From Treponemataceae bacterium (GTDB lineage: Bacteria; Spirochaetota; Spirochaetia; Treponematales; Rectinemataceae): 64,000 bases of DNA. Position 1 is the stretch's first letter. Each line of letters starts with the position of its first letter. The DNA is taken from contig CAXXHO010000003.1 in NCBI GenBank assembly GCA_963667725.2, positions 704,001 to 768,000 of the forward strand. Direction: 5' to 3'. The notes under the pieces were generated by a model. It had not been told where the DNA came from, did no database searches, and worked only from the letters and a program-made list of their open reading frames with translations. The position numbers and the translations under genes are program-made. Below, piece after piece: positions 29,953-39,417 of this stretch.

Positions 29953-30935
29953 GCCCTGTCCAGAATTCCTTGGTACTTCTCCGCGAAGAGCGCCGGCTGG
30001 CCTCCCGTATTCCAGAAAAGCACAGACTCGTCCTTCCCGAAACAACCCTTTCGTATGAGATCGACGAGGCCAGCCGCGGCCCTTCCCGTATAGACGGGAT
30101 CGAGTAGCAGCCCTTCGGTCCGCGCGAATAACGTCACCGCTTCTCTTTCGGCGCCGGTGAGCACGCCATAGCCGGCCGAACAATAGGAATCGTTCGCGAG
30201 AATCTCCTCCGGCCTTATCTCGATGCGTCTGCCTAGAAGCTCGGAGGCGTTCGAGGCGAGGGTCGAGACGCGCGCCTTCAGCCAGGCCTCCGATTCGTCG
30301 ATGCTGATGCCCAGGACCTTTCCGCGATAGCCGAAGAGGCGCGCTCCCAGGGCTAGCCCCGCGTGGGTTCCTCCCGAAGAGGTACCGAAGACGAACCAGT
30401 CCGCGTCTATGCCCTGGGCCAGGACCTCCTCGACCGCGAAGGCATAGCCCATCGCCCCTATCGGGCTCGATCCGCCGTAGGGGACGAAGTAGGTCTTTTC
30501 TCCCGCGGCGTCCAGTTTCCCGCAGGTCTCCCTTTGCGTTCTTTCCCTGTCCTTCCTGTCGGCGACCCAGACGATGCGGGCGCCGAAAAGCCTGTCCAGG
30601 AGGAGATTCGCGCTTGGCTCGTCGGGTTCGCGCCCGTCCAGCACGAGGACGCAGCCCATGCCGAATTTAGCCGCCGCAGCGGCCGTCTGCCTGCAGTGGT
30701 TGGATTGGGCGGCTCCCGCCGTCACGAGCGTCCTAGCACTCTTCGCCAGGGCGTCGGCCACCAGGAACTCCAGCTTGCGCGTCTTGTTGCCGCCCAGTGC
30801 GAGCCCCGTGGCGTCGTCCCTTTTCACGAAAAGGCGGGGTCCGCCCAGCTCGGCCGAAAGCCGCTTCATTTCCTCGATCGGCGTCGGAAGGTGGGCGAAT
30901 CTGATCCTGTCGACGTTTTTCTCGATTGCGCTCAC
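29949..30935 (-). CDS. D-cysteine desulfhydrase / ACC deaminase family PLP enzyme
   Basis: KRDD, GGNKTRKLEF, QSNH and DPVYT motifs; GTG start. Confidence 0.9.
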   Translation of the reverse strand: MSAIEKNVDRIRFAHLPTPIEEMKRLSAELGGPRLFVKRDDATGLALGGNKTRKLEFLVADALAKSARTLVTAGAAQSNHCRQTAAAAAKFGMGCVLVLDGREPDEPSANLLLDRLFGARIVWVADRKDRERTQRETCGKLDAAGEKTYFVPYGGSSPIGAMGYAFAVEEVLAQGIDADWFVFGTSSGGTHAGLALGARLFGYRGKVLGISIDESEAWLKARVSTLASNASELLGRRIEIRPEEILANDSYCSAGYGVLTGAEREAVTLFARTEGLLLDPVYTGRAAAGLVDLIRKGCFGKDESVLFWNTGGQPALFAEKYQGILDRA

Positions 30936-30953
30936 GACGGCTCCTTTTTTATG

Positions 30954-32240
30954 TCATTGTCCCGAAGGTCTGCGGTGTTCGAACCTCAGGCCCGACGCGT
31001 TCCTGACGGTAAAGCCTTTCCAGTAGGTATCGCTCCCCGCCGTCGATTCCTTCGAACGCTCGGGCAGGTCGAGATAGGCCTCGGCCGCCGGATCCTCCAT
31101 CAGATATTTCGCGAGGAAGGCGGTGACGAAGTGCTGGGCTATATTGTTGCCCCGAACGCCGTCCCAGACCGGATCCTGGTAGTGTTTCCAGTATCTGGCC
31201 TCGGGGCCGGTCGACAGGCAGACTTCCCTCGGCGCCGGTATGGGCGCAATGGCGTTGTGGCCGGCGTTCTCGAAGGTGAGGAGGTATCGTTCAGCGTGGA
31301 CGCAGTTCTCGAAAATATTCCGCACGCCGGGCTCGTAGCCCACCGTCGTATCGATGCTGCCGGCGAGGAAGATCAGCGGGGTTCTGACGCCTTCCAGGCC
31401 TGATTTATCCCAGAACCCATGGGTCCAGCCCCAGGGGGCTATCGCCACGGCGGCCTTGATCCTGGAATCCAGGCTTGCCTCATACTGGGGGTTGCCCGCC
31501 TGCCTCGCGGCCAGGAGCATATTGGGCGGCGCCAGCGGGTTTTTTACTATGGCCGGGCTAAAGCCGCCGCCGATCGTGTTTATCAGGCCGTACCCGCCCA
31601 TGGAATAGCCGATGATGGCCGTCCTGTCTGCGTCAATCATGCCCGCGAGGTTCGCGCCTACGCCCTCGTCCGTACCCGCGCCGGTACCCGCGCCCTCGTC
31701 CTCGCCGTTGAGGCGAGCCAAAGCGTTCAGGATGAAAAGCTGATCGAGGGGTCGGTTGTACAGGGTGGAGGAGAAGGCACCCAGATTGTCGTAGGTGCTC
31801 TCGAAATGGTCCATCGAAACAACGATATAACCCTTGCTGGCGAGGTTTTCGCCGAAATGGCACATGATGAACCGGTTGCCGGGATATCCGTGCGAGAGGA
31901 TGACGAGGGGGCAGGGCCCTGCTTCCTTCGCTGGTTCGGCGTTCCTGACGGCCCGTCCCCAGAGCGAGACAAAGGTCTTGCCGTCGCGCGTCATGACCTT
32001 TTCATACTCGCCGGAGGAAGGCCGGCCTGATTCCCTCTTGGCGGGATACCAGATTTCGGTCGTAAGCGTCCTGTCGTAGAGGGGGGCTGGCTTGCCGGTA
32101 TCGGTCCTGGCCACGTCCACCTGTCTTGGGTTCGTGAAGGTGACAGTTTTCACCCCCACGGGCAAGGCTCCGAACGGCGCCAGGTCGGGCGCGTCGGGGC
32201 GGATGGCGTCTATGCGATTGCCGCTGGTTTCTTCATTCAT
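30954..32240 (-). CDS. Alpha/beta hydrolase (dienelactone hydrolase / PAF-acetylhydrolase-like)
   Basis: SHGYPG, nucleophile elbow GYSMGG, and candidate catalytic D (GSID) and H (AGHN). Confidence 0.82.
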   Translation of the reverse strand: MNEETSGNRIDAIRPDAPDLAPFGALPVGVKTVTFTNPRQVDVARTDTGKPAPLYDRTLTTEIWYPAKRESGRPSSGEYEKVMTRDGKTFVSLWGRAVRNAEPAKEAGPCPLVILSHGYPGNRFIMCHFGENLASKGYIVVSMDHFESTYDNLGAFSSTLYNRPLDQLFILNALARLNGEDEGAGTGAGTDEGVGANLAGMIDADRTAIIGYSMGGYGLINTIGGGFSPAIVKNPLAPPNMLLAARQAGNPQYEASLDSRIKAAVAIAPWGWTHGFWDKSGLEGVRTPLIFLAGSIDTTVGYEPGVRNIFENCVHAERYLLTFENAGHNAIAPIPAPREVCLSTGPEARYWKHYQDPVWDGVRGNNIAQHFVTAFLAKYLMEDPAAEAYLDLPERSKESTAGSDTYWKGFTVRNASGLRFEHRRPSGQ

Positions 32241-33346
32241 CGATCTTTCCTCCGCCGGATGAGGGCCGCCGCCAGAATGCCGATCGCCGCGGCCAAGGCG
32301 GCGAAGGCGAGTGGTGTATTGTAGCGTACGTTTTTATAGACATCGCCTTCTCCCGGGAGGGGGAGGGGTATAGGGTCGTAGGGGAGTCCGTTTTTCGCCG
32401 CGAGGGACCTGATGTTAAGGAGATTGATCACGGGGATTCCCCGAGCGGCATACTCATAGATAAGGCCCCGGTCGGCCGATGGGGGAATGCGCGGCGGGTC
32501 CATAACGAGGCCCTGAGGAAAATCGAGGGTATAGGAGGACGCGCCGCTGTTGGAGCTGGCGCCGCCGATATTCACGAAGCATTCGATTTTTTTCCCCGCC
32601 GAAGCCTCTTCGAAAAGCTCAAGGCGTCGCGCGATGCTGGCCTCGAGATCGGGCGGGGTAAAATCGATGAACTCGACGCCGGTTTCCGTTGCCAATCCGG
32701 CGATGATCGCGCGCGAATCCTCGAAGAGAGGGTTTTCGCCGTGGTCGCCGTCGGCTCCGGGAGAGACGGCTATCAGCGAATAGGGGATTATCGACGCGTC
32801 GGAGAGGATGCGGATCATCTTGGGCGTGGTGAATTCTGGTCTTGTCGCCCCATACATCGACGAGCCGAAGGAGGCTATCGTCAGCGCCTCGAGTCCCATT
32901 TCCCGGGCAGCGCAGAGCGTCGCTATGGTCATGCCCGGAAAGGATCCGCTGGCGCCCACCGCGATCAAGTCTCCTTTTTTGAGTCCCGCCTCGTGAAAAT
33001 AGCGGACCATGAGGGCCGCGAAATTGGGATTGAGGGTGCTCCGCTTGGCTTCCAGATCCCCGAGCGTCGTCGTCAAGGCTGTCCACTCGGGTCCGATCAG
33101 GCCCGTCGAATTGGGATCGAGCTCTCTTTCTATGGGGATGTTCTCGGAAACGAGGGCATTTTGGAGAATACTTTCCGCTTTGGCCATCAGCCTCGCGGCG
33201 GCCAGCTGGGTTTCGTAGAGGGGGTAGGGAACGGCGGTCTTCGTCGCCTGAAGCAGGACGAAACCGAGGCAGGCCGCCGCCAGGGCGCCGGTGAGATATC
33301 CCGCGCTTATTCGCGAACGCTGGAAATAGGCCGCCTTTCCTTTCAT
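32237..33346 (-). CDS. pgsW: Poly-gamma-glutamate system protein PgsW
   Basis: DPN.TGLIG.E....TTTLG.LEAKR...NP.FAA, SGSFPG, GSS.YGA and NIGG motifs; TM segments at both ends; follows pgsC. Confidence 0.85.
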   Translation of the reverse strand: MKGKAAYFQRSRISAGYLTGALAAACLGFVLLQATKTAVPYPLYETQLAAARLMAKAESILQNALVSENIPIERELDPNSTGLIGPEWTALTTTLGDLEAKRSTLNPNFAALMVRYFHEAGLKKGDLIAVGASGSFPGMTIATLCAAREMGLEALTIASFGSSMYGATRPEFTTPKMIRILSDASIIPYSLIAVSPGADGDHGENPLFEDSRAIIAGLATETGVEFIDFTPPDLEASIARRLELFEEASAGKKIECFVNIGGASSNSGASSYTLDFPQGLVMDPPRIPPSADRGLIYEYAARGIPVINLLNIRSLAAKNGLPYDPIPLPLPGEGDVYKNVRYNTPLAFAALAAAIGILAAALIRRRKDR

Positions 33347-33777
33347 CGGAAGACGACCACCATCATGACGAGGCGGATGACGATCGCCGCGAGGAGAACC
33401 ATGGCTATAGTCTTCGCCACGCCCTGTTTGAGCATGTCGTTGGCGATCAGGCCAGGGACGATATAGCCGATGATTCGGATGTCCTGGCTGAGCCAGTCGA
33501 CATAGAAGAATGCCTGTTCGAAAATCCACGTGCCGGCGAGGCTGAGCAGCACTGTAGCCATGAAACGCCGCCTTCCGAAAATGATCATGAAACGCTGCAG
33601 AAGGCGGATAAGCAGGAATATGAGGATCGCGAGGACCATGGTGGAAAGCAGGCGCAGCGGCTGCTCCAGATAGAATGCCAGATAGCCCGGGGAGATGAGG
33701 CCTCCGGCGGAAATGCCCAGGAATTCGCTGGAGAGAAATCCCAATATGATGCTCAATCCTATAGATTCCTGAAGCAT
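33343..33777 (-). CDS. pgsC: Poly-gamma-glutamate biosynthesis protein PgsC/CapC
   Basis: AGGLISPGYLA, FGRRRF and IG.IVPGLIAN...KQG motifs. Confidence 0.93.
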   Translation of the reverse strand: MLQESIGLSIILGFLSSEFLGISAGGLISPGYLAFYLEQPLRLLSTMVLAILIFLLIRLLQRFMIIFGRRRFMATVLLSLAGTWIFEQAFFYVDWLSQDIRIIGYIVPGLIANDMLKQGVAKTIAMVLLAAIVIRLVMMVVVFR

Positions 33778-34949
33778 TCCCCCTCCTTCTTCCTTCCATA
33801 AGGGTAACCGTGTTCCATACAGTAGGTCATCAGCGCTTTGCCCATGCCGTAAATGTTGCCGACGCCGAAAAGCAGGAAAGATTCGCCGACGCGAGCCGCC
33901 AGGTCGGAGAATAGGGCTCCGAAGTCCGTTCCGCTTGCGCAGGTCATGGTCTCGAGTCCGGAATTCCCGAAGCCGCGCGCCACTTTTTGCCTATGCTCGC
34001 CCATGGCGACAAGCAGCCTGATGTTCCCTAATCTGCCGGGCAATCGCAGGAATTCCGGAATTCTGTATTCGCGGTCGGCGCGGTTGTTGTAGAGGAGAAT
34101 GAGGGGCAGATCGGGGGGCAGGAGCCTGGTAGCCTCATTCCATACCATTTCCGTGGAAAGGATATCGTTCGCCGCGAATCCGTTGACGAAGATCATGCTG
34201 TACGTCGGCGACTCGACGGCGAACAGGCGAAGCACGCCGATGTCGGGCTCGGCTTTGATCATCCCCTCGATGGCCTTTTCCCTGTCAATGCCAAGCTCCG
34301 AGGCGACCTGAAGGGCGATGGACAGGTTTTCCGGGAAGACGGGATAGGAAAAGCGTTCCAGGATATCCTCGGTAAGGTCAGATAGATTCGCCACGACGAC
34401 GCGTCGCGCCGCGCCCGCGATGGGCGAACCCGCAAAGCGGGAGTCGGAAGTTATGAGCGTGCCGTCGGGGGGAATGGAAAATGAGAGGGCGGCTTCCGTG
34501 TCCGCGACGGTGGGCCCCATTTCCTCCACGTGATCCACGCGCGCGTTCGTGATGACGGTGATGGTGGGTCTGACGAGCTGGCTTCGCATCAGCATCTGCG
34601 ACTCAGGTCTCACGGCCATGCACTCGACGACGAGGGCCTCGGCTTTTTGCCGCGCCGCCAGCCTCGCGAGGGCTTTCTGTTCGGTAATCCTGGCCCCCAA
34701 GGGGCGCCTGACCGGCGTCTCGCTCCCGTCTTCGAGGATGACGCGGGCTTCGGAGCCTGTCGTCTTGGCTATCGTTCTGTACCCCGCCTCCCTCAACGCG
34801 CCCGCGATAAGCCGCGTGACGCTGGATTTGCCCCGGGTTCCGTTGACGAGGATGCGTATCGGTATTGAGCGCAGATTTTTTTGATGGAAGAAGTTTTCCG
34901 CCAGGCCCAAAACGAATAGCGCCAAGCCGAAAACGATGACAAGCTGCAC
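33759..34949 (-). CDS. pgsB: Poly-gamma-glutamate synthase PgsB/CapB
   Basis: VNGTRGKSSVTRLI, AKTTG, ECMAV.P, TNAR.DH, FAAND and N.R.DR motifs. Confidence 0.93.
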   Translation of the reverse strand: MQLVIVFGLALFVLGLAENFFHQKNLRSIPIRILVNGTRGKSSVTRLIAGALREAGYRTIAKTTGSEARVILEDGSETPVRRPLGARITEQKALARLAARQKAEALVVECMAVRPESQMLMRSQLVRPTITVITNARVDHVEEMGPTVADTEAALSFSIPPDGTLITSDSRFAGSPIAGAARRVVVANLSDLTEDILERFSYPVFPENLSIALQVASELGIDREKAIEGMIKAEPDIGVLRLFAVESPTYSMIFVNGFAANDILSTEMVWNEATRLLPPDLPLILLYNNRADREYRIPEFLRLPGRLGNIRLLVAMGEHRQKVARGFGNSGLETMTCASGTDFGALFSDLAARVGESFLLFGVGNIYGMGKALMTYCMEHGYPYGRKKEGECFRNL

Positions 34950-35043
34950 ACGATGCTCCCGTTGCGGGCTTCTCTCCCGCGAGAGGAGTCCCCGTAAATA
35001 AAACCGGCACGGCTGAGTGCCGTGCCGGAAGTATACAACAGGC

Positions 35044-36666
35044 TTACTTTTTTTCCACTGGCTTGATGGGCGCTTTGGACATGATTTCGCTCCACCACTT
35101 ATTGGGTGTCTGCACTTTCATTTTCTTGTTGCCCCACATATAGGTGCCGAGCAGCTGGTCGCCGAGGGCGAGCCAGTCAGTGTGCCACATTTCGGCGTTG
35201 GTGTAGGCGTAGGAGGTGAGCAGATCGATGGCCTCCGCCTTCTTGCCCTGGTTGATCAGGTTGGCGGCCGTGTTCTGGATCTCGTCCACGATCTTGTACT
35301 GGGTGTCCATCCTGGGCTGACGGAAGGCGTGGATGTCCTGGACCGCGCTCTGGTAGTTGATCCTGGCGATCTGCTGGACATAGGAATTGGTCCACCAGCC
35401 GGAATCGCGGCGGAATTCCTCATAGCGGTTGCCGGTCGTGTACAGGGAAGGCAGCTTCGTCATGGTCGGCCACAGGGGCGTGATATAGGTGGTGTCGGGA
35501 GCGCCGTAGCCGTACCACACGAGGCACTTGGCTTCGTCGGGCAGCCATGCTTTCACGTTCGCTATCATCACGTAGCAGGTCCTGAACAGGTTGATGGAGC
35601 GTTCCTTGTGGTAGGGAACGATGGGGTCGCCGTAGGGACCGGCATCCGGAGCGCGGGAAAGGTCATAGTCGGTGCCCTGATAGTAATCGGCCTTGATCTC
35701 CAGGACGTCCTGGACGGTAAGCTTCTTCTCGGGGATGACATAGAAGGGGAACCTTTTTGCGTTCGGGTCGAGCTTGAGCGAGGGGGCGACGAGGTCGAAG
35801 GCTCTCCACTCGCGGCGGGTGCTGTAGGCACCCTCGTAGGGGGCGTAGATTTCGGCGGGGGAGAAGGGAACGCCGGAAGCTTCTGACCAGAGACCGTTCT
35901 CGACGGCGAAACTCTTGATGTTCGGCGAATACAGGTAGTTTTCGTGGTCGTTGAAATCGATGGAGTCGATGCGCGCGCGGTTGGCGGCGACAAAGAATGC
36001 GTTTTTCGGGATGCGGCGGGCGGCCCAGAGATCGAGTCCGTAGAACTCGGCGATCCAGACATCGGTGCCGTCGGCGATATTGATGGTTTCGCCCGGGTCT
36101 TTCCAGCCGTACTTCTCGACGAGGCTTCCCATGACGAGCACCGCTTCCTTCGCGGTCGCGGCGCGCTCGAGGGCTATGTCCTGGGCGTTCCAGCAGTCGA
36201 TGAGTCCGAGGTTCTTTCCGAAGATCAGGTCATAGGTCTTCTTGCGGAGGGGCGTGGACTTGTCGAAGTTGAAGGTGCTCTCTCCCATCGACACGCCCTT
36301 CTCGTTGATGAAGGAATAGCGCGAATGGAAGTAGGCGTAGGTCTGGGCGGCTTCGGGGATCTCGGCCACGAGGGTGCCGTTTCCGTAGTCCTTGACCTTG
36401 GGATACTGGCCGAAATCGCCGTAGTTGTGCGAATCGATGACGAGGTCGCGCGTGGCGCCGGCTGCTTGTTTCCCGCCCGGGGTGATCCAGAGGCGGAAGT
36501 CCGCTCCGGAGGAATCGTCATTGTGCGTGACGACGGTGGAACCATCGGCCATGGCCTCGGTGCCGACGGCGACGATCGTGCAGGCGAAGGCTGACTGGGC
36601 GTTCATGAACAATGCCGCCGCCAGTATCAGCAGGACGGCCATCGCTCTCTTCATTCCTTTGTGCAT
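35044..36666 (-). CDS. C69-family dipeptidase (Ntn hydrolase), exported
   Basis: Signal peptide ending AFA then N-terminal Cys (CTIVAVG); NEKGV..GEST, ALERA.TA.EA and ANRARI motifs. Confidence 0.85.
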   Translation of the reverse strand: MHKGMKRAMAVLLILAAALFMNAQSAFACTIVAVGTEAMADGSTVVTHNDDSSGADFRLWITPGGKQAAGATRDLVIDSHNYGDFGQYPKVKDYGNGTLVAEIPEAAQTYAYFHSRYSFINEKGVSMGESTFNFDKSTPLRKKTYDLIFGKNLGLIDCWNAQDIALERAATAKEAVLVMGSLVEKYGWKDPGETINIADGTDVWIAEFYGLDLWAARRIPKNAFFVAANRARIDSIDFNDHENYLYSPNIKSFAVENGLWSEASGVPFSPAEIYAPYEGAYSTRREWRAFDLVAPSLKLDPNAKRFPFYVIPEKKLTVQDVLEIKADYYQGTDYDLSRAPDAGPYGDPIVPYHKERSINLFRTCYVMIANVKAWLPDEAKCLVWYGYGAPDTTYITPLWPTMTKLPSLYTTGNRYEEFRRDSGWWTNSYVQQIARINYQSAVQDIHAFRQPRMDTQYKIVDEIQNTAANLINQGKKAEAIDLLTSYAYTNAEMWHTDWLALGDQLLGTYMWGNKKMKVQTPNKWWSEIMSKAPIKPVEKK

Positions 36667-36728
36667 AAGCTCTCCTTTTCTGGGGTAACTTCAATAATGC
36701 GGCTCACAGCCGCAAAAAAGCGCAAGAA

Positions 36729-37916
36729 TCATATCTCGAACACCAGCTCCTTGGCGGCCGTTTTGGGGTCGTGTAGGTAATGCCCGCAATCGTTCGCCTG
36801 GAGATCCAGGTAGGTCGGCCATTCGACGATCACTTCCTTTTCAGGCTGGAACTGGTTCATCCAATTGATGGCCTCGAGGGCGCCGGTAAGGTGTCTTCCG
36901 CAGCGGTACCAGAGGGGCGAGCCGAATTCCAGGTTGTAGGGCACGTAGGTGAGGCCGTGTTTGGCCGCCGTGGCCAGGAACTCGTCCTTGCCCTCGGTGA
37001 AAAGTTCCTCGGTCATGGGTCCCACCACGCGGTCGATGAAGGGCTCGGGGGTTTCCATGAGGATGGCCAGGGTGTCGCTGTAGTCGCCCCATTCGCGGTG
37101 CGAGAGGCCGCGCAGCCCCTTGGGCGAGGATTCGCATTTCATGTCGAAGGTGCCCGCGCTCAGGTTCATGGCCGCCATCATCGCGAGGTCAAAGGACCTT
37201 TCGTGGGCGACATAGGTGCCCACCACGGGGTACATCAGCGAGGCTTCATGCGCGTCGATCGACAGATCGATCTTTTCTCGCCTGATGAGTTCCATGATCG
37301 CGTAGGAGGCGCGTTCGGTGAGCGTCCCGTCCTTGCGCCCGGGATAGGTGCGGTTCATGTTCCTGATATCCTGGTAGGCAAGGCTCTGTTTGGAAGGATA
37401 GTTGACGTAGGTGAAGGGGTCGGGCCACTGGTCCAGGGGATTCGTCCCGCGGTCGCCGATGCGGAACTTCTTGCCACCGAATTCAGTCTTCACGGTGAAG
37501 AACTTCGGATAGGCGTTGCCCAGCATGCCCGTGGTCGAGCCCGAGCGGTTGCCCTGGGGGATCACGAAGACCTTGCCCTTGGTCACCTTGATGTTCTCCA
37601 TCATGATGTAGGCCGAGAGGCTGGTGGCGGGCTCGTAGGGATGCACGTTGGCCATGTAGAGGACTGATCCGCCGGGAACCCCGGAGTCGTACACGAATAT
37701 GGGCGTGTCCATCCAGGTGCCTTTGATGTTCTCGAGGTAGTCGCTCAGCATCTTCACTTCGGTCAGCCCGGGCGCCGACACGACGGTTTCCTTGTAATGT
37801 CTCAGTTCGTAGAATTCCCTGCCGCCCATGAAGGCGAGGGCGAGGGCGGCCGCGAGAAAGAAAATTTTGAGATAGAGTCTCGCCTTTCCGCTCGCGGGGG
37901 CTTTTTTCGTTTCCAT
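36729..37916 (-). CDS. Succinylglutamate desuccinylase/aspartoacylase (M14-like) deacylase, membrane-anchored
   Basis: N-terminal TM; zinc motif H-P-Y-E, RNMNRTYPG and DAHE motifs. Confidence 0.8.
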   Translation of the reverse strand: METKKAPASGKARLYLKIFFLAAALALAFMGGREFYELRHYKETVVSAPGLTEVKMLSDYLENIKGTWMDTPIFVYDSGVPGGSVLYMANVHPYEPATSLSAYIMMENIKVTKGKVFVIPQGNRSGSTTGMLGNAYPKFFTVKTEFGGKKFRIGDRGTNPLDQWPDPFTYVNYPSKQSLAYQDIRNMNRTYPGRKDGTLTERASYAIMELIRREKIDLSIDAHEASLMYPVVGTYVAHERSFDLAMMAAMNLSAGTFDMKCESSPKGLRGLSHREWGDYSDTLAILMETPEPFIDRVVGPMTEELFTEGKDEFLATAAKHGLTYVPYNLEFGSPLWYRCGRHLTGALEAINWMNQFQPEKEVIVEWPTYLDLQANDCGHYLHDPKTAAKELVFEI

Positions 37917-37930
37917 TTTTCGTTCTCCTG

Positions 37931-38104
37931 TCACTTTATGCCCAGTACACGCAGAAGGAAGGGTATGAAACAGTATGCGTAGACGATGTCGTACACGATG
38001 CCGGGCCTGGCCGTGCGCTTGAAGAAATTCCGCAGGAGGAAAAATCCGATTATCCCGGCTATGATGAAATAGATGACGTGGATGATCTGTTCGAATAGCA
38101 CCAT
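37931..38104 (-). CDS. 57-aa two-TM small membrane protein (below the ORF-track cutoff)
   Basis: Manual translation MVLFEQIIHVIYFIIAGIIGFFLLRNFFKRTARPGIVYDIVYAYCFIPFLLRVLGIK; AAGGGG RBS; exactly fills the gap in the operon. Confidence 0.75.
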   Translation of the reverse strand: MVLFEQIIHVIYFIIAGIIGFFLLRNFFKRTARPGIVYDIVYAYCFIPFLLRVLGIK

Positions 38105-38114
38105 GCGATCCCCC

Positions 38115-39401
38115 TTACTTCAGAAAAGCGAATTTGTTCGGGATGATAAGCATGACAAGCGCCAGCGCTCCCAAAAGGAGGACGGGCAGGAATATCTGCT
38201 TCAGGAAGGACATGTAGCTGCCCTTGTAGCCCACCGTCTCGCAGGAAATGCGTCCCACGATCCTCGACGGCGGCAGGCAGTCCCCTATGGGGAAGATAAG
38301 GCTCAGGGCCGCGCAGACGACCGTCGTGTTCATGCCCGCCGCGTTGAACATAAAAATGAGAGGCGTGCCGAATATGATGGCGCTTCCGTAGCTCAGGCTG
38401 CCCTGCGCCACGGGACAGAAGAAGAGCACCGTGAGAAGGATCCAGATCATCGGCAGGGTCACGAAGGTGATGCTCAAAAGACCCCGTACGCCGGTGGCCG
38501 CCATGACATTCACCAGGGCGCCAACGCTTATGACCGTCGCGAGGAGGGGGAAGACCTGTTCCATCGTCTTCTTCATCACTCCATAGTAGTCAGCGAGCGT
38601 CGACTTCCTCGGATTGCAGAGGACGGCGGCCAGGGTGGCCAGAACGAACATGAGGGGAAGGCCGAAGACCGGGGTGGAGAAAGGCGCGTACAGCGAGAGG
38701 AGGATGAGCCCCACGAGAAGCACGAGGGGGCAGAGAATCCTGAACCAGCCCATGTTGGCTTGCCCTTCCGGAAGTTCGGCGAGGATCTTTTCCTTGCTCT
38801 CCCTCTTGGCGCCCCAGCCCAGATAGATGATGGTGAAGGTGCCGACGATAACGATCGGCAGGAGGAGAAGCTTGGAAAAGCCGACATAGGGCATGTTCGC
38901 CTGCGCCGTCATCAGCATCACCCAAAGATTGATGGGCGGAGCCGCGGCGGAGAGAATGGCGAAGATGAACACGAAGGCGGTGGTTTTCTTGTCTGAGAGG
39001 CCCATGTAGCGCACGACCGTGGACACCAGCCCTCCCACCACGAAGATCGAAACGGAACCGGCGCCCGTCAGCGCTCCCGGAATCAGCATAAAGACAGCCA
39101 TGCAGATGAGGAGAAGCCATTTGCTGTCGATGCTCTGGACGAGCTTTCTCGTCACGACATTCATGGCTCCCGAGTAGGAATAGATGTTGACGAAGAGCGA
39201 GGCGCAGACAAAGAGGATGGCGAGATCGAAGTTGGTGAAGAGTCCTTCCACCAGAATCCGCACGGGAAAGCCGAGGCCCGCCGCGATCGCGCCCACGACC
39301 GCCGCGATCACCATCGAAATTTCGGGCGACTTGAGCTTCCAGCTCGAAATGACGAAGCTCGCGACCATCGCGACGAGCACTATCGACGTTTTAAGATACA
39401 T
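38115..39401 (-). CDS. DctM/CitM-like (IT superfamily) large permease
   Basis: About 12 TM segments; PGALTGAG, AAAPPIN and GDCLPP motifs. Confidence 0.75.
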   Translation of the reverse strand: MYLKTSIVLVAMVASFVISSWKLKSPEISMVIAAVVGAIAAGLGFPVRILVEGLFTNFDLAILFVCASLFVNIYSYSGAMNVVTRKLVQSIDSKWLLLICMAVFMLIPGALTGAGSVSIFVVGGLVSTVVRYMGLSDKKTTAFVFIFAILSAAAPPINLWVMLMTAQANMPYVGFSKLLLLPIVIVGTFTIIYLGWGAKRESKEKILAELPEGQANMGWFRILCPLVLLVGLILLSLYAPFSTPVFGLPLMFVLATLAAVLCNPRKSTLADYYGVMKKTMEQVFPLLATVISVGALVNVMAATGVRGLLSITFVTLPMIWILLTVLFFCPVAQGSLSYGSAIIFGTPLIFMFNAAGMNTTVVCAALSLIFPIGDCLPPSRIVGRISCETVGYKGSYMSFLKQIFLPVLLLGALALVMLIIPNKFAFLK

Positions 39402-39417
39402 ACAATACCCCTTACTT

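Noticed and set aside
33347..33799. N-terminal extension of the 520-aa PgsW ORF
   Set aside because: Out-of-frame overlap with pgsC; the real start is ATG 33346, overlapping the pgsC stop.
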